Positions 46,700-57,469 of a stretch of 64,000 nt of DNA are shown in pieces (the stretch's first letter is position 1; the number at the start of each line of letters is the position of its first letter). Where the stretch lies: NCBI GenBank assembly GCA_002269645.1, contig NIVC01003194.1:78634-142633 (forward strand). The letters are read 5' to 3'. This stretch comes from Macrostomum lignano (Eukaryota). A program made the position numbers and the translations under genes. The notes beneath the pieces are model-generated. The model saw only the letters and a program-made list of their open reading frames with translations, was not told where the DNA came from and did no database searches.

Positions 46700-47880
46700 G
46701 TTAAGGTTCAGGTGCAGTTTAGGTTAGAGTGTAGTTTAGGGTTTAGGTTACGGTTCAGATCAGGGTCTAGGTTAGGGTCCAGTTTAGGGTTTAGGTTACG
46801 GTTCAGATCAGGGTCTAGGTTAGGGTCCAGTTTAGGGTTTAGGTTACGGTTCAGATCAGGGTCTAGGTTAGGGTCCAGTTTAGGGTTTAGGTTACGGTTC
46901 AGATCAGGGTCTAGGTTAGGGTCCAGTTTAGGGTTTAGGTTACGGTTCAGATCAGGGTCTAGGTTAGGGTCCAGTTTAGGGTTTAGGTTACGGTTCAGAT
47001 CAGGGTCTAGGTTAGGGTCCAGTTTAGGGTTTAGGTTACGGTTCAAATCAGGGTCTAGGTTAGGGTCCAGTTTAGGGTTTAGGTTACGGTTCAGATCAGG
47101 GTCTAGGTTAGGGTCCAGTTTAGGGTTTAGGTTACGGTTCAGATCAGGGTCTAGGTTAGGGTCCAGTTTAGGGTTTAGGTTACGGTTCAGATCAGGGTCT
47201 AGGTTAGGGTCCAGTTTAGGGTTTAGGTTACGGTTCAGATCAGGGTCTAGGTTAGGGTCCAGTTTAGGGTTTAGGTTACGGTTCAAATCAGGGTCTAGGT
47301 TAGGGTCCAGTTTAGGGTTTAGGTTGCGGTTCAGATTAGGGTCTAGGTTAGGGTCCAGTTTAGGGTTTAGGTTACGGTTCAGATCAGGGTCTAGGTTAGG
47401 GTCCAGTTTAGGGTTTAGGTTACGGTTCAAATCAGGGTCTAGGTTAGGGTCCAGTTTAGGGTTTAGGTTGCGGTTCAGATTAGGGTCTAGGTTAGGGTCC
47501 AGTTTAGGGTTTAGGTTACGGTTCAGATCAGGGTCTAGGTTAGGGTCCAGTTTAGGGTTTAGGTTACGGTTCAAATCAGGGTCTAGGTTAGGGTCCAGTT
47601 TAGGGTTTAGGTTACGGTTCAGATCAGGGTCTAGGTTAGGGTCCAGTTTAGGGTTTAGGTTACGGTTCAGATCAGGGTCTAGGTTAGGGTCCAGTTTAGG
47701 GTTTAGGTTACGGTTCAGATCAGGGTCTAGGTTAGGGTCCAGTTTAGGGTTTAGGTTACGGTCCAGATCAGGGTCTAGGTTAGGGTCCAGTTTAGGGTTT
47801 AGGTTACGGTTCAGATCAGGGTCTAGGTTAGGGTCCAGTTTAGGGTTCAGGTTAGGATTTAGGTCAGGGTTTAGGCTAAA
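46700..47880. repeat. 48 bp higher-order repeat built from eight telomere-like hexamers (ggttagggtccagtttagggtttaggttacggttcagatcagggtcta)
   Basis: About 24 near-identical units, each containing TTAGGG twice. Confidence 0.95.
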
Positions 47881-47952
47881 ATTTGAAGGTAGAGATTAGG
47901 ATCTGATTTTTTTATTGTCTGTTTTCTTATTCCTTCATCAAACATATAAGCC

Positions 47953-50305
47953 TCACATGGCAGTCACCCGCTCAATACCAATTAACCGACTCAACAAATC
48001 AATCCACTGAGCAGTTTTATTAACCAACATAATCTTGTTAGTCATCAGTTGGCTGCCCGGCTCTGACACATCAGCAGCATCAGCAGCCGGCAGCACTCGA
48101 ACTCGGTGATAAAATCTGGCAAATTCTCGACAGAGCTGCTCCAATCGGTGCACCAGCTGGTTTAAATCGCGATAGCAACAACAATCAGCAGAATTACTGA
48201 GCAGCAGATCAGTTTGGCACTGAGCCAATAAATCAGCCAGGGTGTCCAGCTGACCCCAGGCCAACGCCCAGACTGAATCTCCATCAGCAGCTCTGCCTGT
48301 TGCAGCAGACTCATCGAGTTTTTCTACCGCTGATACGCCAGCAGCTCGCTGCATCAGGGACTCAGCTCGGGCCCTGTTGTACAGGGCGAACAGCAGAGAC
48401 CGCCGACGTTCCTGCGAGAACTTAGCCGTCTCCTGAGGCCGAGACCAGAGCAACTCAGCGATCAAAACCGACTGTGCTAACCGACTTGACAGACTCACAC
48501 CAGAATCGCTGTCCTCAATGCAGCGATCTGAGATTGATGAAGACACTTTGGCGATGTAGTCGGCGAGGCTGCAGTAGGAGGCTGGATCGACCTGGGAAGA
48601 GATGAAGAACAATATGCCAATTTTGCTAAGACATAATCAGCAACATTGAAAAGTCGCAACTCTAAGTGCCAGTGAGCGATTTCTCTTGGACTATTCTGAA
48701 ATAAAAGATGCGGGAAAACTGATCGGGTTAGCTTTGATCCGTCCAACCCTCGCACACCGCTCCCCCCAGTTCATTCATCAACTCAAGTCTGCCGCGACGT
48801 AGCTGAGCTGCGTCACTCGCAAAGATTGAGAGACTTTACCTGCACTCTCAAAAGCGGTGATCACAGACAGAATCTTCTGTGATGGCGACTTGATTCCGAC
48901 TCAAGTCCCGAAATTTTCCCGGATCAGCTTTGCCCGGAATTTGGCTGAAATTCGGGTCAAGGGAGCTGATCCGGGTGAATTTTCCGGATTATTTGGTCCG
49001 GATCACTGGGGAATTCCGACTCAAGTCCCGAAATTTTCCCGGATCAGCTTCGCCCGGAATTTGGCTGAAATTCGGGTCAAGGGAGCTGATCCGGGTGAAT
49101 TTTCCGGATTATTTGGTCCGGATCACTGGGGAATTCCGACTCAAGTCCCGAAATTTTCCCGGATCAGCTTCGCCCGGAATTTGGCTGAAATTCGGGTCAA
49201 GGGAGCTGATCCGGGTGAATTTTCCGGATTATTTGGTCCGGATCACTGGAGAATTCCGACTCAAGTCCCGAAATCTCACCCGGAACATTTTCACCCGGAA
49301 CACTACTGAAATTCGGGCCTACACCCAGAATTCCATAGTGTTCCGGGTGAAAAATTCCGGAAAATCAGACCGGAACAGCTTTCCTTTTCCCGAAAATTTT
49401 CCGGATCATATTTCCGGATCTTTTTCCGGAACAGGGGGCTGTTCCGGGCCAAAAAAGCTGATCCGGGCCTTCACCCGGAAATCAATTAAAAATTGGGCCC
49501 GGATCACAAAATTCCGGAAAAAATTCCGGGTGAAACGTTCGATGGGTACACAAGTAAAATTTTCATTTTGTCTATAAATTATTGAATCAATCATTCACTG
49601 ACCTTCATATACTACTTACTACTATATTAGGTACTTTTAAGAAAAAATATCGCCAGCTCAAATTCTTACCGGACCAACAATCAAGTCGCGCTGGGCCCTC
49701 GAGTCATCTCTATGAGTAAAATTTAGCAAATCAGACGCAGAAGACACTACTAATGAAATGTGTCTGTCAGTAGTAAGCCAGTCACGATATCTCGAGTCAA
49801 ACTCAATCACACCGCGGTTCAAAGTAGCAGTGTTTGCACTACTGTTAGTAGTAGGCAAACCTTCCAAATCCAATAGTCGATGAGCCAAACAGCCCCACAG
49901 CAGGGCACGCAGAGACCGGAACTCGCAATCGGGATAATAGCGAACAAACAGCACTGGACTGACAGATGATGACTTTGCCGAATAATCCTGCCGCAATTGA
50001 GGCACTTTGGCATTCAAAATTCGATCAAGGCACACTGCTCGATTTAATATCAAACGCAGAGCGATAATTGGTGCTGCTGACGAGTAGGTCGCGAGTTCGC
50101 GTCGGGCAATAATCAATTTCAATTGTGGATGATTGTCAATGCTAGCTATTAAATCTGTAGTTGATCTGGTAGAAGACTGTGATTTTAAAATTAGTAGAAG
50201 GTCACACGGTTCAGATCGATAGGTGAGCTGGTGGCACCGTTGAATGCTAGAGATTGCAGCAGTGCCCGTGCAGCTGAGAAGCAGGTGGAGACGAATGACT
50301 GACAT
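47953..50305 (-). CDS. DALRD3: DALR anticodon-binding domain-containing protein 3-like, 2 exons, about 424 aa
   Basis: Exons 50305-49670 and 48591-47953 (GT-AG, phase 0, giving IVGP|VDP). C-terminal DALR-like region LLFALYNRARAESL and LCREFARFYHRVRVL, ending LIGIERVTAM. No synthetase catalytic motifs seen. Confidence 0.7.
48890..49272. repeat. 120 bp unit repeated about 3.1 times, followed by a CCGG(A)-rich region to about 49540
   Basis: tcaagtcccgaaat recurs at 48901, 49021, 49141 and 49261; lies in the DALRD3 intron. Confidence 0.9.
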
Positions 50306-51029
50306 CAGGGACTGGGATTGGCTGCGGGCATGAGGTTGACAGGTGAGTCATTTAGATTATTCAGACTCAAATAGCATTAGCAACTCCCTCACGGGGGATT
50401 TCTCAAGTACTAAAAATGACCACTCACCAAACATCTACGATAAATGTGTGAACATTTAGAACAATATAAAACATCCATCTAGTAGTACACAGCTCTGTTA
50501 CATTGTATCTACAATTGTCAACAGAATAGGATTGTAAATAACTAGATGGGCTACTCTGTAGTTTTATATACTCAGTAAAACAGCTTTCTACTTTCAGTTC
50601 AGTAGCAAAGAAGAATACATGAGCTATTTTATAAAAATAGAGGCAGCTGAAATCACTTTGATAAGTTTAGAAGCCCAAGCTTGCAGGCGTAAAACAACTT
50701 GCTAATTGGTTCAGCAATAATGTACATTGGCCAGTCCACTGAAGTGTACATGGCAGCTTTGGGCTGGAATTCCAAGAAAGGCAATAAAAATTGGGGTGGG
50801 GGGGGTAATGTGGGACGGCGCGGTTGGAGGGTTTAAGATCTGGGGGGGGTAAGAGCCATTAAAAAAGCCTTGGCTTTAAAAATACATCAAAATGCTTCTG
50901 TTTAAATTACTACTGAACTTAAAGTAGCTTACACGCAAATGTCCATCTAGTTGCTCTAGTACGAGTATCAGTGGATTAGTGATGCATTTATAATGAACCA
51001 AAAAAACAAAACACTTCAACAGCAATTAC

Positions 51030-54000
51030 TCACCAAACTTGACAATCAACAAACAGGTCTTTGAGTTGTTCAGCTGGCGGCAACTTCTGTCCAATGAACA
51101 CGATTCGTTGCAGCTGTTGCTGGGCGGAACAACCATCAGTATCGTTAGAAACTGGAGCCGGCCGCAATTCGAACAGCTCGTACACCCCCTGCACGGAGTA
51201 AAGAGCTGGGGACGAAGCTTCACAGCTTTCGTCTATGAGGCGGAGCAGGCCCTGGTTGAGTAGATGAGTAGATTAATTAGTCTGCAAGAATCTAACTTAT
51301 ATCATGACAAACTAATTGCAATTAACTGATTGCTGTGTACAGTGAGCCTGTAAGGTTTTTTGGAGACATCTTAACACGCACTGCAATTAAGAGAGTCAAC
51401 CAAAAATACAGCCTTAGACAGATGAGTCCACTGAATAGACAGGTGAGAGTCCACTGAATAGACAGATGAGTCCACTGAATAGGCAGATGAGTCCACTGAA
51501 TAGGCAGGTGAGAGTCCACTGAATAGGCAGATGAGTCCACTGAATAGACAGGTGAGAGTCCACTGAATAGACAGGTGAGAGTCCACTGAATAGACAGGTG
51601 AGAGTCCACTGAATAGACAGGTGGGAGTCCACTGAATAGACAGGTGAGATTTTCTCACATTTCACACAATGAGACACATGATGAGTTCACACAATGAACA
51701 CAATGAGACACATGATGAGTTCACACAATGAACAATGAGACACATGATGAGTTCACACAATGAACAATGAGACACATGATAAGTTCACATAATAAGACAC
51801 ACGAGTTCACATAATAAGACACACGAGTTCACACAATAAGACACATGAGTTCACACAAAAAGACACATGAGTTCACACAAAAAGACACATGAGTTCACAC
51901 AAAAAGACACATATTTTGTCACCTTAGTCCTCAGAAACACAGCTTCGGGAAACATTGGTTTATCGCTTTGCCACAACAGGTCGCCGAGCAGTCGTTCAAC
52001 TCGATCTTGCTCGAACACGGCGTCAGGCTCGAAGTCGATAGCCAGAGTGCCGACATCAGCTCGCAGTTTGGTTCGATGCGACTCGCTACTCGCGCCAGTG
52101 TCGTGCAGTCGGTCAGCCAAGTCGGTAGCATTGCGATAGGCCCCCAGGCCTAGGATGGCATCCAGCGGGCGATGCCTCGCTCACTTTTAGCGATTCTACA
52201 AGCGGAGTTGACGCCTCTGACCAGAGCTTCCACACTGTCCAATGAGGTCAACTCCGCAGCTGAAGATGATGCTGACTGATTCGATAGCAGGTCGGTTTTG
52301 CTTAGCAGCACGGTGTCAGCGCAGGCTACCTGGCGTTGCCATTCGACTTCTGAGAACTGGCGGCTGGCATTCAGGCTGTCCACCTGATTGGCGTTCGGGG
52401 ATCGGATCGGTAAACAAATCCCATTACCAATCCTGATCCCATTACCAATCCTGAATCCCTGATCCCATCATCTGAATCCCTGATCCCATTATCCGAATCC
52501 CTGATCCCATCATCTGAATCCGTGATCCCATTATCCGAATCCCTGATCCCATCATCTGAATCCCTGATCCCATTAGCTGAATCCTTGATCTCATTACCTG
52601 AATCCCTGATTCCATTACCTGAATAATTGATCTCATTACGTGAATCCCTGATCCCATTACCTGAAACCCTGATCCGATTACCTGAATCCCTGATCCGATT
52701 ACCCGAATCTCTGATCTCATTACCTGAATCCCTGATCCCATTATCTGAATCCCTGATCCCATCATATGAATCCCTGATCCCATAATCTGAATCTCTGATC
52801 CCGTTACCTGAATCCCTGATCCCATCATCTGAATCTCTGATCCCGTTACCTGAATCCCTGATCCCATCATCTGAATCCCTGATCCCATCATCTGAATCCC
52901 TGATCCCATTACGTGAATCCCTGATCCCATCATCTGAATCCCTGATCCCATTACGTGAATCCCTGATCCCATTATAGACTCTGATCCCACATCTCACAGC
53001 TTAAACCCAGACCCACTCCAAACCAGCTCACCACAGTGACAAAGCCGTCCAGACAGACCAAACTCTCGAGCTGCTCATCCAACCAAAACAGAGCTGCAAT
53101 GGGCCCCGGCTCAGCCAATCCAGTTGTCTCCAGCAGCACGTGATCAAATCGACCTCGAAGCTCCATCAGCCGTTCAATCGCGGCAACACCAGCATGTTTC
53201 AACGAGCAGCAGAGGCAGCCATTGCCCAGCTCCAGCCATTCTTCGTAGCGCTTCTGACCATCGCTAGAGTTCTTGCTGTCGCCTGAGCGGATTGTGAGTG
53301 AGTAGCTAGTTGATAATTATTGACTTTAGATCACACCCCAGGTCTCACCTCATCGATCTAGTGGCTCAGTCACAGTCACAACGCTAAACAAAGCAGCACT
53401 GTAGATGGGATTTTTGGGAGAATATAGGCAAAAGATCCCTTCAGATGGGATTTGGGGGGATTTTAGGCAAAAGATCCCTTCAGATGGTATTTTAAGAAAT
53501 TTTAGGCAAAAGATCCCTTCAGGTTGGATTTGGGGGAATTTTAGGCAAAAGATCCCTTCAGATGGGATTTATAGGAATTTTAGGCAAAAGATCCCTTTAG
53601 ATGGGATTTTGGGGATTTTTAGGCAAAAGATCCCTTCAGATGGGATTATGGGGATTTTAGGCAAAAGATCCCTTCAGATGGGGTTTTGGTGAACTTAGGC
53701 AAAAGATCCCTTCAGATGGGGTTTTGGTGAACTTAGGCAAAAGATCCCTTCAGATGGGGTTTTGGTGAATTTTAGGCAAAAGATCCCTTCAAATGGGATT
53801 TTAAGGAATTTTAGGCAAAAGATCCCTTCTGATGGGATTTTGGGGAATTTTAGGGAAGATATTCACTCCGTTGGGATTTTACGGTTTTACGATTCTAAAG
53901 AGTCGTATCTGTAGAATCACTGAGTTGCGTCTAAAGCGCATCTGCGTCACGTCACTTTATGAATTATAATCGCCTTTCACATTTATAACAACTCTATTTT

Positions 54001-54678
54001 GCCTACTTGAGTTAGTAGTTTTTTTCGCAACTCACGCGAAAAATCCTGCAACTCACGTGATGCGCTCGTAACTCAACAGTCGCCTCTCAGTTGCATTACA
54101 GTCGTTTGAGTTGTTAAAAAGTCACTAGAGTAGTCACTATTTAAGTAATTCTAGTGGTATGGCGCTCTAATGCGCCAGCGGCCCAGGCTCAATTCCAAGT
54201 GCAGTCAGATTAATTTGAGGCTAAATTGAAATCTTTGCCTCTGATCGTGCAATTAACGGCTAATAAAGTTAGGGAAGCTGTAAACTCCTGTGTCAGCGTG
54301 TGCCTGTGCGTATGACTGCGTAAATATCTGCATAGTACTTAAGCCTCTACGCTAAGCCTCTCAAAAATTACCTGTCTGATTGTCCTCAGCAACAGTGAGA
54401 GCCGCCTCAACAGCGGCAGAGTCGCCAAATTCGTTCATAATTACAGCAATCCGTCTGCCGTGCTGCTCAGTGAGAATGTAGTTCAACAAAGTAGTCTTTC
54501 CAGCGCCCAGATAACCAGTGATCACTGTGACAGGCACTGGAGGCAGATCAGTGACTGCAGGCTCAGCATTGGCTAAGCTACTACTGGGGATTTCATCCAG
54601 ACTCACCAGATCTGGACAATCTTCATCATCATCTTGAGCAGCTTTAGTGGCACTGTTAAGATTCTCTGGCTGATTCAT
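51030..54678 (-). CDS. ZNG1: Zinc-regulated GTPase metalloprotein activator (COG0523; ZNG1/CBWD), 4 exons, about 413 aa, one 1-nt frameshift
   Basis: Exons 54678-54372, 53282-53032, 52383-51923 and 51251-51030. N-terminal CPDLV motif, Walker A GYLGAGKT, NEFG, ELGNGCLCCS, ETTGLAEP, KTDL and CobW_C-like RTKGLL/QGVYELF. Exon 3 is 461 nt and changes frame at about 52167-52169. Confidence 0.9.
51415..51655. repeat. Minisatellite, 21/23 bp units (gagtccactgaatagacaggtga)
   Basis: ZNG1 intron 3. Confidence 0.9.
51665..51910. repeat. Degenerate minisatellite (gagttcacacaa-agacacat)
   Basis: ZNG1 intron 3, next to the donor site. Confidence 0.85.
52425..52990. repeat. Minisatellite, 21 bp unit (tgaatccctgatcccatcatc)
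   Basis: ZNG1 intron 2. Confidence 0.95.
53405..53860. repeat. Minisatellite, 39 bp unit (aggcaaaagatcccttcagatgggattttggggaatttt)
   Basis: ZNG1 intron 1. Confidence 0.9.
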
Positions 54679-56748
54679 TTCTCTGTCACTGTCCCCCAGC
54701 TGAAAGAAATAGTTTGGGGGGATTGAGAAATTAGAAGTATATAATCTCAGAAAACTTTTATATGTACCCGATACCGAACATCGAAGAAGCATTCGCCAGC
54801 CTCGAAGGAAGCCAGCTATTCAGCACGTTTGACTTGAACAGCGGCTACTACCAAATTCCTCTGCGTCCAGAAGATCAAGATCTAACTGCTTTCGCTACGC
54901 TGCACCGCGGACAATTCACCTAAAATGTTATGCCTATGGGATTAAGTTCAGCACCAGCTAGCTTCATGCGCCTCATGAACGCTGTGCTTAACGGGATTGC
55001 CTAAAAAAGTGCAATAGCCTACCTGGATGACGTAATCGTCTATTCTAAGAAATTTAACGACCATCTACGGCATATGGAAGAAGTACTCAAGCGAGTCCAA
55101 GACGCTAATCTCAAGTTTAAAGGCAAGAAGTGCCATCTATTTCGGGCAAGTCTAAACTATCTGGGACATGTTGTAACGAAGGATGGAATCAAGACCGACC
55201 CAGCTAAGATCGAGGCAATTCAAACCTGGCCAAGACCAAGAACAGCGCGACAACTTAAAAGTTTTGTCTGCACGTGCGCTTACTATGCAAAATTTGTACC
55301 TGGCTACTTGCTGCTCCGCTCCACGATTTAATTAAAGAGAAGAAAATCCGCAATTTCAATTGTCTATGGGGAAAAGCCCAGCAAGGCGCGTTCGACCAGC
55401 TCAAGGCAGCCTTGACTTCAACATCAGTGCTCGCGTATCCGCAGTTCAGCGAGGATCCTAATGTTATGTTTATCCTGGACACGGATGCCTCTGCGACCAG
55501 AATCGGAGCCTGCCTGAGCCAACGCCAAGCTGATGGAGTTGAGCGACCAATTGACTATTTCTCCCGGCGACTCAAACCGGCCGAAGCCCGATATCCGATT
55601 ACGAAACAAGAACTATTGGCAGTCGTAGATGGGATGTGACACTTCCGATTCTACCTGCTGGCCAAGAAGTTCATCTGCCGAACTGACCATGCCGCATTGA
55701 CTTGGATCTTAAGGCGAACTCAACAAGTAGGAATCTTTGGACGATGGCTACAGCGCCTCAGTGAATTCGAGTTCAAGATCAGCATCAAAAATCAAGTCAG
55801 CATCAAAACGCCGACGGTCTCTCGAGACGGCCCGAGAACGGCGCTAAATGCATGGAGGAGGCTCAGCGCGAGACAGCTGATGAGGACCAAAGTAAGCATG
55901 CAGCCAGTCGCGATAACGGGCGCAGTGGCGCCGAAGGTCCACGACAGCAGCCACCGTAGCCCTCCACCAAGCAAGAAGCAACCGACCCGCCGGAATCGAC
56001 GAAAACCGCCGACGAAGCCGAAAGAGTCCAACGGCGAGGCTACGCCGCCAGCAACATCGACAGCCGACAGCGAGCCGCTGACAGCGCTGCACCCGCCGGC
56101 GACGAAGCCGAGGCCATCAGCCAGCCGTTTTCGAGACTCACAGAGGTCGCCCACCAGCTTTAGCAGCACGACATGTTGCCCTTCAAGGAGCCGCCGTCTA
56201 CTAGCTGAAGGCGACGAGGACAGCGACCACAGCGCAGCCAGCGACGACCGCTGCCAACCCGCTCGCAGTCCGGTGTTCGAGAAAAGAGTGAGATTCAGCA
56301 GTGACGCGGACAGCTCTGCTGCCTCACCCTCGGCCTCATCTGCTGACAAATCTAATTCTGCCGACAATGACGCCGAAATGACCGACGAGGATCGGCCTTC
56401 AAATGCAACAGCCCGGCAATCGGTCAGAGTAGCGATCATGCGGAGGGAGCTCCAGACCCAGAACCATGCCGCCACAGCCGAAGCCGCGCCGCCTAATTCG
56501 ACTAACCGACGCCAAACATTGAATCTAACTGATCACATCCCGAGGCCAGTCACCCGCGAGGAGCTCCAGACCCATCAGCGTGCTGACTCTGCCATCGCGA
56601 TGATGATCAACTTAATCGAAAGTCGACAACCGAAACCGCCGCTAAATCAGCGCTTGAATCTGACGAGAGACAGAGACGAGAGGAATCTCCTAGCGTTCTA
56701 TGAGCAATTGACTATTGCGAGTCCGAGACGACGGACTATTAGTCATCC

Positions 56749-57469
56749 GGGTAGTGTAGCTAGCTTGGCTAGTAAAAGGAAAATGAATCCGAAAATCAAC
56801 ATAATGTAAGTAACGACGCGTTTCGCAGTTGTTTTTCGGACTGCCATCTGCCAAAGTCGGTGATTTCGTTGGCCGGTTAAAATAGCGTGTCCCCCGTGCT
56901 CTGCGTGCTGGTGTCGTCTATCAATTCAACTGCTCTGTTGACCAGAGCGTCTCCTACGTGGGGAAAACTAAAAGACACCTACACACTAGAACCAGGGAGC
57001 ACTGGCTCAAACCGTCTGCTATACAAGATCCCTTACTGCATTGTAGTAGCTGCTCTAACTGCAACCCAAACGAGCACTTTAAACCGTAAAACCATTGACC
57101 AATGTCAGTCGGACTTCAAACTTAGAATTCTTGAGGCCATGCACATAAAAGCCCAGTCACCCAGCCTAAACACACAACTCCAACATAGTGGCGCCGTCAC
57201 CTACTCCGTGTCTTTTGATGAGAGAGAGTACTGGGTGTACATTCTTTCCGCCCCCGGACTTCACTCTGCCGTACGGACTAACTCATGTGTTCTCCAATAT
57301 CGATTTGTTCAATAATTTTTCTAATTTTTCTTGTTTACCTACAACCAACTCCACATATTTATTCGCAAAACCTGTTTAATTTCGTTGTTGAAAAATAAAC
57401 CTGAAGATGCACCTAGGAGTGCGAAACGCGTCGTTACTTACATTATGTTGATTTTCGGATTCATACGAG
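56749..57469 (+). mobile_element. 5'-truncated Penelope-like retroelement inserted in Gypsy pol
   Basis: 12 bp direct repeat TATTAGTCATCC at 56737-56748 and 57470-57481. Perfect 45 bp inverted repeat at 56783-56827 and 57420-57464. GIY-YIG remnants GVVYQFNC..SYVGKTKRHLHTRTREH and FKLRILEAMHIKAQSPSLN. Removing the insert restores the pol frame (TISHP|SRRC..RIVLP). Confidence 0.85.
57393..57440 (+). ncRNA. Minimal type I hammerhead ribozyme motif in the Penelope pseudo-LTR
   Basis: CTGAAGA (57401-57407), stem II GCAC/GTGC with loop CTAGGA, GAAA (57423-57426) and palindromic CGCGTC ending in a GTC cleavage triplet. There is one extra T before stem II, and stem I pairing is short (AAC/GTT). Confidence 0.65.

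Noticed and set aside
46708-47899. 288-aa and 395-aa repeat ORFs; possible true telomere
   Set aside because: A 48-bp array flanked by genes on both sides, not a pure terminal TTAGGG tract; the ORFs are artefacts.
51039-51263. Plus-strand 74-aa ORF
   Set aside because: Antisense shadow of the last ZNG1 exon.
3885-53860. Minisatellite arrays as CRISPR arrays
   Set aside because: There are no unique spacers and no cas genes, and the context is eukaryotic and intron-containing.
14914-54678. The nine genes as a single-pathway functional cluster
   Set aside because: Their functions are mixed (mevalonate, chromatin, mitochondrial calcium and lipid, tRNA modification, zinc). This is typical of eukaryotic housekeeping operons and supports no shared pathway.
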